Assembly: GCA_950097015.1 (NCBI GenBank)
Contig: CATNEN010000037.1
Span: 868,001-932,000, forward strand
Reading direction: 5' to 3'
DNA: 64,000 nucleotides
Source of the DNA: Macrostomum hystrix
Lineage: Eukaryota > Animalia > Platyhelminthes
The notes beneath the pieces are model-generated. The model did not search any database. It was not told the DNA's origin and saw nothing but the letters and a program-made list of their open reading frames with translations. Below are positions 1-11,700 of this stretch, piece by piece. Both the position numbers and the translations under genes were made by a program. Position 1 is the first letter of the stretch. The number at the start of each line of letters is the position of its first letter.

Positions 1-520
1 TTCATACACCCTACACACGAATTAGCACTGCGCCTCAGTGCGGCCTTGCCAGGCCTTCAAAATGTATCAGCATGTCACCCGAATGTGCCTGCATCATCTC
101 CGTCTTCGGTGGTCACCTACCTTTATCTAGACGGACTGCTGGACATTCAATGGCTACAACAGGTGGAACTAAGCCACTATGGACACCTGATGCGAATTTC
201 TCCAATTTCATGGATCAAGTCTAAATACAAGTATTAGGCGCAGCTCAACCACAGGACACCATCGTCTAGTCTGTCAACCAATCAGTCACCACATTAAGCT
301 GTTAGCAACTACGAGCGTATTAAGGGGAAGGGAAGCAAAATGGCCTACGGTTAATAAGATATTTGCAGTTAGAATCTATTTATTACTGACTAATGAATAT
401 TATTCAGTTCACATTCCACCCATCTAATCTATAATACTTATAAACGAATAGATGATCGATCGATCGATCCTAAAAATCTTCCGTGACTCAGCAAATCACG
501 AAATTGCGCTTTGAACTCAC

Positions 521-3500
521 CTGTAGTCCCAAATCTCCCTTTCTGCCCTCGCGTCCGTCTGTGCCGAACGATCCATTGTCTCCAGGCACTCCCTTCGGTC
601 CGACGGGACCCACGTATCCCTTCGGACCTCGCGGCCCAACCTCGCCCTTATCACCTGTCGGCCCATAGGCGACTTCTCCGCGCGGCCCAACAGGGCCGAT
701 CTCGCCCTGGACGCCGACGGGACCCTCCGGGCCTGGCGGACCTTGCTGGCCGACAATGCCCAGCTTGCCCTTCATGCCTTTGTATTCATTTCCTGGAGAC
801 CCTGGTGGACCAACATTGCCCTTCGTTCCGGTATCGCCTTTCGGACCTGACTCGCCAGTGCTTCCAATCCGACCAATGACACCCCGGGTGCCATTCTCGC
901 CTTTCCCGCCTTTGATGCCTTGGTAGCCTTTCTCGCCAAGGACGCCCTTCACGCCGATTTCGCCTCGACTGCCGACTTGGCCCTTCGGACCCTGCGGTCC
1001 AACGTCGCCCTTATCGCCGGAGTCGCCTTTTTCGCCGCGATCGCCAGTTAGGCCGCGGCTTCCATTCTCGCCCTGAGGCCCCATGACGCCGCTGCGGCCA
1101 CTGATGCCCAGGTTCTTGTTGGTCCTGTTTCGCCCATCGATGCCCGGAGCGCCAAACTCGCCCGTGGCACCAGCGAAGCCTTTCTCGCCCTTCTCGCCGC
1201 GCTCGGCCGGATTCTCGTCGCCGCGCTCGCCCTGCGGCCCAGTCTGGCCTTTGTCACCGATTTGGCCAGAATCGCCGAATTCGCCGACGTAGCCGCGGTC
1301 GCCCTTGATCCCGTTCGGCGCGTCGTCGCCGGACTCGCCGCGTTCCCCAGTGTCGCCCAGCTGACCTTTGTCGCCCACGCTGCCTTTCTCGCCTACGACG
1401 CCCTTGCTGGCGTTGCTTGCAAACCCCTTCGGTCCTCGGTCGCCTAAAATGCCTTTTTCGCCGAAGTCGCCGACAATGCCAATGTCGCCTTTGAGGCCTT
1501 TCACACCTTTGAAGCCCATCAGGCCTTTTTCGCCATCGTCGCCTCTCTCGCCAGTGTCGCCGCGAGTTCCGTTCACGCCTCGCTGTCCGACGCCGCCCTT
1601 CCTGCCGCGCTTTCCGGGCGGCCCAACAATACCTTTCTCGCCAACGTAGCCGTTTATTGCTGGCTCTCCGCTCATGCCCTTGTCACCCTGGTAGCCTAGC
1701 TCGCCTTTGCCGCCCTTCTCGCCCTTGATATACTCGCCCGGCTGTCCTTTGGTACCTTTGTAGCCTTTCAAACCTTTGGCGCCAGCAATCGATGTAGCAT
1801 TCTCGCCCTTGATGCCGACGTCGCCGGGAAGGCCCTTGTCGCCAAGGATGCCTTTGCTGGCGTTCCGACCGTCCCTACCGTGAGCCGCGTTGTCGCCCTG
1901 AAGGCAAGGTTCGATTGAAGGTTAGTGTGTCGCCTGTGTCGCCCTAAATAAACTGTGTCACCCTAAATAAACTGTGTCGCCCTAAATAAACTTTGTCGCC
2001 CTAAATAAACTTTGTCGCCCTAAATAAACTGTGTCGACCTAAATAAACTTTGTCGCCTTAAATAAACTGTGACGCCCTAAATAAACTTTGTCGACCTAAA
2101 TAAACTGTGTCACCCTAAATAAACTGTGTCACCCTAAATAAACTGTGTCGACCTAAATAAACCGTGTCGACCTAAATAAACTGTAAGCCCTAAAAACTGC
2201 CGCTTTACACAAAATTGTCGCCCTAGAAAAAGTCTGAGATAAAAAGCTTTTAGGTGCTGATCAATGCAGAATAAAAACTGACTTACTCTTTCTCCCTTCT
2301 CTCCGGTGTAGCCCTTCACTCCGGTTCTGGCGTCCTCGCCGAAGCTTCCCTTTTCACCTTTTCGCCCAGTCTCGCCTGTGCTACCCTTGTCGCCATTCTC
2401 TGGCGGTCGAGTTTCTGGCGGAGGTCGGACAACGCCCGGCTCACCCTTGTCACCTTCAAAGCCCTTGAAACCTTTGCTGCCTTCGAAGCCCTGTTGAAAG
2501 ATTGATGGAGTAGATATGTAGTGAAGATAGATCGACTGGAGTAGATAGAAAGACTGGGGTAGACAGGCGGGGTAGAAAGACTGGGGGTAGACAGACGGGG
2601 GTAGAAAGACTGGGGTAGACAGACGGGGTAGAGAGACTGGGGTAGACAGGCGGGGTAGAAAGACTAAGGTAGACAGGCGGGGTAGAAAGACTGGGGTAGA
2701 CAGACGGGGTAGAGAGACTGGGTTAGACTGCGGTAGAAATGGCCAAGAAAGTCTCTGCAGCAAGATTTCAATCCGCACCTGCGGTCCCTTGTCGCCAGGT
2801 TCGCCAACAAATCCCCTTTCGCCGACGTCGCCGAAATTGCCCCTGACGCCGTCTGGCCCGACGTCGCCGAGTTGGCCAGGCAGGCCCTTCGGTCCGGGGT
2901 CGCCGCGTTCGCCCTTCCGCGGCGCCGGCGGCGTGCAGTCCTCCAGGCAGGCGCCCTTCGCTCCGGAGTCGCCTTTCCGGCCAGGATCGCCGATTTGGCC
3001 GAGTGGTCCCTCCCAGCCCTTGGACCCCTTCGGTCCCCGCTCGCCCTTGGGGCCAATCGTGTCGTTGCCACGCTGGCCTTGAAGTCCGGGCACGCCGATG
3101 TCGCCTTTGAAGCCCTTATCCCCAGCCAAGCCTCTGTAGCCCTGATCGCCTTTGCCTGTGTCGCCGAAATCACCGAGATCGCCGGCGTAGCCGATTCGTC
3201 CAGGCGGACCAACTGGTCCAGGGTCGCCTGCCGGCCCCTCTTCGCCGGGGTGGCCCGGCTCGCCGTACAGGCCCTTGCTGCCGTTCGAGTGGCCGAAGCC
3301 CTTGGCGCCTGCCAGGCCCGGCTCGCCTTTGCGGCCCCGCTTGCCGCGCGGCCCGATATCTCCTGGGCCGCCTGGGGAGCGAGAAACAAGTCTGACCTGT
3401 GTCTAACAGCTCCCTGACCTGTGTCTAACAGCTCCCTGACCTGTGTCTAACAGCTCCCTGACCTGTGTCTAACAGCTCCCTGACCTGTGTCTAACAGCTC

Positions 3501-6500
3501 CCTGACCTGTGTCTAACAGCTCCCTGACCTGTGTCTAACTGCTCCCTGACCTGTGTCTAACAGCTCCCTGACCTGTGTCTAACAGCTCCCTGACCTGTGT
3601 CTAACAGCTCCCTGACCTGTGTCTAACAGCTCCCTGACCTGTGTCTAACAGCTCCCTGACCTGTGTCTAACAGCTCCCTGACCTGTGTCTAACTGCTCCC
3701 TGACCTGTGTCTAACTGCTCCCTGACCTGTGTCTAACAGCTCCCTGACCTGTGTCTAACTGCTCCCTGACCTGTGTCTAACAGCTCCCTGACCTGTGTCT
3801 AACAGCTCCCTGACCTGTGTCTAACAGCTCCCTGACCTGTGTCTAACAGCTCCCTGACCTGTGTCTAACTGCTCCCTGACCTGTGTCTAACTGCTCCCTG
3901 ACCTGTGTCTAACAGCTCCCTGACCTGTGTCTAACAGATCCCTGACCTGTGTCTAACAGCTCCCTGACCTGTGTCTAACAGATCCCTGACCTGTGTCTAA
4001 CAGCTCCCTGACCTGTGTCTAACAGCTCCCTGACCTGTGTCTAACTGCTCCCTGACCTGTGTCTAACAGCTCCCTGACCTGTGTCTAACTGCTCCCTGAC
4101 CTGTGTCTAACTGCTCCCTGACCTGTGTCTAACAGCTCCCTGACCTGTGTCTAACAGCTCCCTGACCTGTGTCTAACAGCTCCCTGACCTGTGTCTAACT
4201 GCTCCCTGACCTGTGTCTAACAGCTCCCTGACCTGTGTCTAACAGCTCCCTGACCTGTGTCTAACTGCTCCCTGACCTGTGTCTAACTGCTCCCTGACCT
4301 GTGTCTAACAGCTCCCTGACCTGTGTCTAACAGCTCCCTGACCTGTGTCTAACAGCTCCCTGACCTGTGTCTAACAGCTCCCTGACCTGTGTCTAACAGC
4401 TCCCTGACCTGTGTCTAACTGCTCCCTGACCTGTGTCTAACTGCTCCCTGACCTGTGTCTAACAGCTCCCTGACCTGTGTCTAACTGCTCCCTGACCTGT
4501 GTCTAACAGCTCCCTGACCTGTGTCTAACAGCTCCCTGACCTGTGTCTAACAGCTCCCTGACCTGTGTCTAACAGCTCCCTGACCTGTGTCTAACTGCTC
4601 CCTGACCTGTGTCTAACTGCTCCCTGACCTGTGTCTAACAGCTCCCTGACCTGTGTCTAACAGCTCCCTGACCTGTGTCTAACTGCTCCCTGACCTGTGT
4701 CTAACTGCTCCCTGACCTGTGTCTAACAGCTCCCTGACCTGTGTCTAACAGCATCTAGCCAATGTTTAGCCAAAGCTTAAGGACATGTAAAGCGAAAAGC
4801 AACGCAGTCATTGTCTAACCTCTGCCGCCTTGAGTTCCAGTCTCGCCAGTTTGTCCCGGCGGCCCGCGAGGTCCAACGTGAGTAGTCCTCAAGCCTGGAT
4901 CACCGATGGGACCCTTCAGCGGAAAATTGTTGTCAATCGGATTGTTTATTTAGATCTGATAATCCAAATTCACCCACAAGCCATCCACATTCACCCACTC
5001 TCCCTCACCCACAAGCCATCCACATTCACCCACTCTCCCTCACCCACAAGCCATCCACATTCACCCACTCTCCCTCACCCACAAGCCATCCACATTCACC
5101 CACTCTCCCTCACCCACAAGCCATCCACATTCACCCACAGTCCATCAAAATGCAGGCAGTTTCGGAGTCCGCGGTCACTCACCCGCATGCCTTGGCCTCC
5201 CTTCAGTCCGGGAAGTCCAGTGTTTCCCTTGATTCCAATCTCTCCTGGCTCGCCCTTCCGTCCCGTGCTGCCGTCGCGACCTGCCTCGCCGGAGCTTCCA
5301 CGTGGTCCCTCCTCGCCGGCGTCGCCTGATTCTCCCGACGGTCCCGGCTGGCCGCGCTTGCCTGTGGAACCCTCCGCGCCTTCTATGCCAACGTTGCCCT
5401 GAACAAATGGTGATTACGATGGTAGATTAGATTCTTAAATCGTAACTTATTAATACAAAATATAAACTCTTCGATCCTAAATCCCAACTCGTGAATACTA
5501 AATCCCAACTCGTGAATATTAAATCCGAACTCGTGAATATTAAATCCCAACTCGTGAATATTAAATCCCAACTCGTGAATACTAAATCCCAACCCGTCCC
5601 ACCTTTTCGCCGGGCTGTCCTCTCTCTCCTTTTGGTCCGAGGTCGCCGGGCTGTCCTCTGTCTCCCATCGGCCCGCTCATATTGTTAGAGAGGATATCCA
5701 ATAGAGAATATTCTGTATGGTTCAGCGCTATGCGTTTCTCAATGCCAGGACTGCCTTTGCGGCCCTTCTCTCCTTTGATGCCCTGCAGAGGCGAGGATTC
5801 AAGCGTGGTGTTTAGTTTCCATGGCAACTACTTTTTTATAGAAGAAATTCAATAAATAAATTTGATATATTTAGAACCTTTGGTCCGATGACATATTCTC
5901 CGATTTGTCCTTTGTCGCCCAGTTCGCCTCTGCCACCTTCATCGCCGAGTTGACCCTGAAAGGTAAGGCATCCATGTGGATTTAGTTGGACCTTTGGCTC
6001 GTGTCTGGAGTGAGCAATTATATTTATTTACCTTGTTGCCCTTCTCGCCTTTGTAGCCTTTCTCCCCTTCCGGTCCGGGCCTGCCACTGGCGCCAGGCAC
6101 TCCGATGTAGCCGGGGTCGCCGGGGTCTCCCAACTCGCCTTTTAGAGAGGCCAGCGTGTCTGCGGGGTCGCCCTGTTTTCGCGCAAAATATGATTACTTG
6201 GCCATAAACAGTGTGCGATGTCTACTTCAGATAAGACGGTTCGGCCATAGACAGTGCTGTGTGTCTTGAGACACGATAGAATAATTTGGCCATAGATAAT
6301 GTGCGATGTCTTTTTGAGATAAGGCGATTTCTGTCTATGGAGTTTGGCCATAGACAGCGTGAGGCTCTAAACTCGAATTCCCATCCTCACTCATCCTCAC
6401 CTTCCGACCCTTCCGCCCCAGCTGCCCCTCGAATCCTTTGTCGCCGAATCCACCGGGCGGACCGAACGGTCCAGCCGCGCCTGGGCGACCGCTGCAGCCA

Positions 6501-7722
6501 GGATCACCTTTGAAGCCGCGAGTTCCGTCAACGCCTCTTGCACCTTGAGAGCCCTGGATTAATTGAAAAGTTTTTGGGCCGACTATTTAGACTTAATCGG
6601 ATTGCTGGTGAATTTTTTCATCCAATTAAGACAGCGGGAACAGTGCCTCTTACCTTGGCCCCAAGGCTACCTTGCTCGCCGACGTCGCCGGATTCGCCAA
6701 CAGCGCCTTTGAAGCCCTTCGGCCCTATCGATCCGGCGTCTCCTATGCGACCCTTCTCGCCGCGTTCTCCAGGCGGTCCGGCCAAGCCGTTGATGCCTTT
6801 GATGCCCTTCGGGCCCACATCACCCTAATTGAAAACAGACTCGAGTTATTTTCGGGGTTTACTGTCGGGGAGTAGGTTTATTGCAAGCAGAAAGGAGGTT
6901 TATTGGGTTTATCGGGGATGGGGGTTGTTGCGTGAGCAGGGGTTTCCAGGGTTATCAGTCGGGGTGTGGGGTTGTTGCATGAGCAGGGGTTTCTAGGGTT
7001 ATCAGTCGGGGTGTGGGGTTGTTGCATGAGCAGGGGTTTCTAGGTTTATCAGTCGGGGTGTGGGGTTGTTGCATGAGCAGGGGTTTCCAGGGTCAGCAGT
7101 CGGGGTGTGGGGTTGTTGCATGAGCAGGGGTTTCCAGGGTTATCAGTCGGGGTGTGGGGTTGTTGCATGAGCAGGGGTTTCTAGGGTTATCAGTCGGGGT
7201 GTGGGGTTCTCAAATAATTTCATCCTTAACTCACCACAAAGCCCTTGTCTCCGTCACACTTGCATGGCTCCGTAACGCAGGTCTGAAAAATGAAACAATG
7301 CACTTGCTTTGTCCGATGGTAATTCTACTTTGTGACGCGTCGAATCGTCTCCTAGAAGGCCAACCAGTAAAGCAGTGCGTCTTTGGTACTTTGTCAGACA
7401 ATAGCTGACGATCCGAAAGCCTAAGTTGCATTTCCAATTTACAACTTCATCCTAGTCAGACACCTCGGAGAAGAGGCACAGGAATGCTGTGTGAATGGCC
7501 TAATTTAAAAAAATCTCTGATATTGCGGTAATATCGTTAATATCTGAAGAAAACCAATGAAAAACTCAAGCGAAGAACACTCCAGGATGTGGCTGGATAG
7601 CTTTAACTCACCGCGGCAGCGTCTGCGGGCTGAAGCAACCAGCAGTTCAGCAGCAGCAGCAGCAGCAGTAGCAGCAGCGGTGGCGGCGTCAGTGGCTGGG
7701 CAGTCCAGCAGCCAGGCTTCAT
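521..7722 (-). CDS. Type IV collagen alpha chain (probable alpha1-like partner), 3'-partial; continues beyond the window start
   Basis: Phase-consistent exons 7722-7612 (signal peptide [15 protein letters not shown][17 protein letters not shown]), 7282-7235 ([14 protein letters not shown], 7S-like Cys start), 6824-6654, 6553-6401, 6172-6032, 5955-5878, 5782-5603, 5398-5183, 4913-4820, 3371-2779, 2490-2287, 1897-521. All have GT..AG introns and encode interrupted Gly-X-Y. 1122 codons are visible. NC1 is not in the window, so the type IV call rests on the Cys-rich N-terminus, helix interruptions and head-to-head position. Confidence 0.9.
1935..2185. repeat. 19-bp minisatellite (TGTGTCGCCCTAAATAAAC) x~13, intronic
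   Basis: Tandem units in intron 1898-2286. Confidence 0.9.
2546..2735. repeat. 27-bp minisatellite (GTAGAAAGACTGGGGTAGACAGGCGGG) x~7, intronic
   Basis: Intron 2491-2778. Confidence 0.85.
3392..4752. repeat. 22-bp minisatellite (GACCTGTGTCTAACAGCTCCCT) x~62, intronic
   Basis: Near-perfect array filling intron 3372-4819. Confidence 0.95.
4970..5142. repeat. 35-bp minisatellite x~5, intronic
   Basis: CACCCACAAGCCATCCACATTCACCCACTCTCCCT in intron 4914-5182. Confidence 0.85.
5478..5595. repeat. 21-bp minisatellite x~5, intronic
   Basis: AAATCCCAACTCGTGAATATT in intron 5399-5602. Confidence 0.85.
6915..7207. repeat. 47-bp minisatellite x~6, intronic
   Basis: GGGGTGTGGGGTTGTTGCATGAGCAGGGGTTTCTAGGGTTATCAGTC in intron 6825-7234. 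Confidence 0.85.
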
Positions 7723-8779
7723 TGCTTCACTGCGCGATGTTCTCCAAATCTCGACGAGAAGCTGATGATCCTGCCGCGGTTGTTGAACTGGCAGTTTTGG
7801 AGGAACACACAGAGAGACAGAGAGATAGGGATTAGCGGCAGCTAATGCACAGCGACAACGAATGGCCAGATGAAGGGGATCTACCTTTTTGGGAGAGGAG
7901 AGAGGAAGGAAAAACAGTCTAGCAGGTTTTGGCGGGGACGGAGAGGGAGCGATCCGAAGTTATTGCACCAGGTGGGGAGCTGTTCCCGGGTCGAATCGAA
8001 CCGCTCGACCCATTTCTCCCCCCACTGCGCGACTTCGAGAAAGTAGCGAAGCCCATTGTGCGCAGAATCCTTCAAAACCTCCTATCCGGCTGAAGTGAAG
8101 GACAGGTAGCGTTTCGGTTTTCGATTCGGCCAAGTTTGGTACAACAGCTGCCTAAGCGGCGAACCCTCACGACTGGCTGCTGCTGGCTGCGAAAACAAAT
8201 TTGGTGTTCGGGGATCGCGCGGCAGACAGGCAGGGACGGGGAGAGGAGGAGAAGAGGATCGCAGGGAAAATTTTGCAGCGCGCACGTTGGCACTTCACCC
8301 TGAACGAAGAAGACACAGAAAGATATAGGAGATTCAGATGGAAGCGAAGAGAAAACGTTTGTCTGTCGGAAATTTGCTTTCACTTCTTCCCCCCTCTCTC
8401 TCCATCTCTCTTCTTCCGCATCCAGCCGAGAATATACTAATTCCGCAGTTTGTTTCTCTCTTACCTTCCCGTCGCACACAACTGGTAAACTTCCACCGGC
8501 CTCCGATCACCTCCGAAAGCTCTTCCCCTCCACCCATCGTCATAGCTTTGGCCGTCTATCTATTTTCCCTAGGATCCGCGATTCGATTCGAAAAGCCTGT
8601 CGCTGCTGCTGCTACTGCTGCTGCTGTTGCGTCTGTCTCTGTTTCCATTGCAAAGCGGCGCCAGCGGTGGGTCATCAGAGCTTAACCTGAAGCTGCCACT
8701 AGTTGAGTGCGGGGAACTGATTTGAGTTCAGCGCTCAGCAGCCTTTGGCCTGTGCTATCGGCTCAGCTAGACTTCGGCC
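7723..8779. promoter_or_regulatory. Shared bidirectional promoter/5'UTR region of the collagen IV pair
   Basis: 1057 nt between divergent ATGs (7722 minus, 8780 plus). Possible short 5'UTR introns on each side (plus GT 8486..AG 8572; minus about 7883..7789). TSS not determined. Confidence 0.65.
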
Positions 8780-11700
8780 ATGAGAGCGGCTGCAGTGCGA
8801 GGAGGCGAAGCCACTAGATTGTTGGCAATCTGGCCATGGTAAGTCGACGCCATGCAGGCAAAACTGAGCCTTTCGATTTTAGAATTCTGCATTGAATCAG
8901 CACCGATGCTTCATGTGATTTTGTTATTTTATGCAGTTTTGCTTCATCATTTATTCCTTCCACTTCAAGTATTTTTCCTGCTTCATGTAGTTTTGCTGCT
9001 TCAGGTAGTTTTGCTGCTTCAGGTAGTTTTGCTGCTTCAGGTAGTTTTGCTGCTTCAGGTAGTTTTTCTGCTTCAGGTAGTTTTGCTGCTTCAGGTAGTT
9101 TTGGCGCTTCAGGTAGTTTTGCTGCTTCAGGTAGTTTTGGCGCTTCAGGTAGTTTTCCTGTTTCAGGTAGTTTTGCTGCTTCAGTTAGTTTTGCTGCTTC
9201 AGGTAGTTTTGGTGCTTCAGTTAGTTTTGCTGCTTCAGGTAGTTTTGCTGCTTCAGGTAGTTTTGCTGCTTCAGGTAGTTTTGCTGCTTCAGGTAGTTTT
9301 TCTGCTCCAGGTGACATATTTAGGGGAGTTTTAACATCGGGGAATATTTTGTTACATTTGCATAAAGTATTTTGCGGCTCGTTTCAGATTTTGTTCTAAT
9401 TGGTATTCTTTAATAAAACGAATTTTTCAATTGCAGGCAATTAGCTATTACACTTCTTTGTCTTTCATTAATTATTGGCCAGTCAGAAGCCCAGGTAAGT
9501 ATCTTGATTTGTTTTCAATTCAATAAATTCAGTTATTCGCATGACTAAAACTTTAATTCTGGAATTCTGCTTTCAGGCTAGAAACTGTACGAAGGTGTGC
9601 AACGACTTCGAGTGCCGCTGCAGTAAAGGCGAGCTTGTAAGCAGAAATCGACTTTGTAATAATTTACCTGCGATTACCAAATCAACAAATGATGGAAGCA
9701 AATGTATCTAATCAACATACTCAAAGTAATTGTCTGTTAACAGAGGACTGCCACTCCTTTAACTGTAAACCAGCTAACAAGAAACATCCAAGACCGAATA
9801 GCCACATGCCATTAATAAACATCTGCAAACAGTAAACACCTATTTACAAAAACCAATTAAATAAACACCCGCTAGTAAAAACACAAGCAGACAACAAAAC
9901 CCGAAGAGAAAAAAGCACCCCACTAAATTAAAATACCCATTAAAAAATACCAGCAAGAACACCCGCTAAAAACAGTCACGCGATAAACACCCGTTGAAAA
10001 TAAACACCCGTTGAAGAGAAACACCCGCTGAAAACAGTCACGCGATAAACACCCGTTGAAAAAAAACATCCGCTGAAAAGAAACACCCGCTGAAAATAAA
10101 CACCCGTTGAAGAGAAACACCCGCTGAAAAAAAACACACGCTAAAAATAAACATTCGCTAAACAATAAACATTCGCTAGAAAATAAACACCCACTGAAAA
10201 TAAACACATGCTAAAAATAAACACCCGCTAGAAAATGAACATTCGCTGAAAATAAACACCCGCTAGAAGATGAATATTCGCTGAAAATAAACACCCCCTG
10301 AAAATAATCACACGCTAAAAATAAACACACGCTAAAAATAAACACACGCTAAAAATAAACACCCGCTAGAAAATAAACATTCGCTGAAAATAAACACCCG
10401 CTGAAAATAAACACCCGCTGAAAATAAACACACGCTATTAATAAACACACGCTAAAAATAAACACCCTGAAAATAAGCAGTCAAGAAGAGAGTATCAAGA
10501 AACACGCTACATAAAAAAATTATTGCATTTCCACTGTGATTTCAAATCAATAAAAAAACTAGCGATTGATCATTCACAGGCGATCATTCTCTTTACCCCC
10601 CGCAGGGTCCCAGAGGCTTTCAGGGCGAGCAGGGCATGAGCGGCCAGCTGGGCATGCCCGGAGCTCCCGGCGGAGTCGGGGATCGCGGCGAGACCGGGCC
10701 GGCTGGGACGAAGGGCGATCAGGGTGACCGAGGCATGAAGGTAAAGCGAGTTGCTTGTTTCGACTGACTGCCCTGCATTCGCTTACTCTGAACTCCGCAC
10801 TTCTCCCCTGTACTCTCCTCCCTGTACTCTCCTACCTGTACTCTCCTACCTGTACTCTCCTCCCTGTTCTCTCCTCCCTGTTCTCTCCTCCCTGTACTCA
10901 CCTCCTCTACTCTCCTCCTCTACTCTCCTCCTGTACTCTCCTCCCTGTACTCTCCTCCTGTACTCTCCTCCCTGTACTCTCCTCCCTGTACTCTCCTCCC
11001 TGTACTCTCCTCCTGTAGTCTCCTCCCTGTACTCTCCTCCCTGTTCTCTCCTCCCTGTACTCTCCTCCCTGTTCTCTCCTCCCTGTACTCTCCTCCTCTA
11101 CTCTCCTCCTCTACTCTCCTCCTGTTCTCTCCTCCCTGCTCTCTCCTCCCTGTACTCTCCTCCCTGCTCTCTCCTCCCTGTACTCTCCTCCCTGCTCTCT
11201 CCTACCTGTACTCTCCTCCCTGTTCTCTCCTCCCTGCTCTCTCCTCCCTGTACTCTCCTCCCTGCTCTCTCCTCCCTGTACTCTCCTCCCTGCTCTCTCC
11301 TACCTGTACTCTCCTCCCTGCTCTCTCCTCCCTGCTCTCTCCTACCTGTTCTCTCCTCCCTGCTCTCTCCTCCCTGTTCTCTCCTCCCTGTACTCTCCTC
11401 CCTGTTCTCTCCTCCCTGTACTCTCCTCCCTGCTCTCTCCTCCCTGTACTCTCCTCCCTGCTCTCTCCTCCCTGTACTCTCCTCCCTGCTCTCTCCTACC
11501 TGTACTCTCCTCCCTGCTCTCTCCTCCCTGCTCTCTCCTACCTGTTCTCTCCTCCCTGCTCTCTCCTCCCTGCTCTCTCCTCCCTGCTCTCTCCTACCTG
11601 TTCTCTCCTCCCTGCTCTCTCCTCCCTGTTCTCTCCTCCCTGTTCTCTCCTCCCTGCTCTCTCCTCCCTGTACTCTCCTCCCTGCTCTCTCCTACCTGTA

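Noticed and set aside
1-480. Further collagen or NC1 exon at the window start; ORF 46-237
   Set aside because: No Gly-X-Y or C4 motifs in any minus-strand frame; treated as intronic.
7385-7500. Extra small exons between collagen exons 7612-7722 and 7235-7282
   Set aside because: The direct join is already in phase and gives a sensible signal-peptide-to-Cys junction; the candidate mini-exons are phase-incompatible or unsupported.
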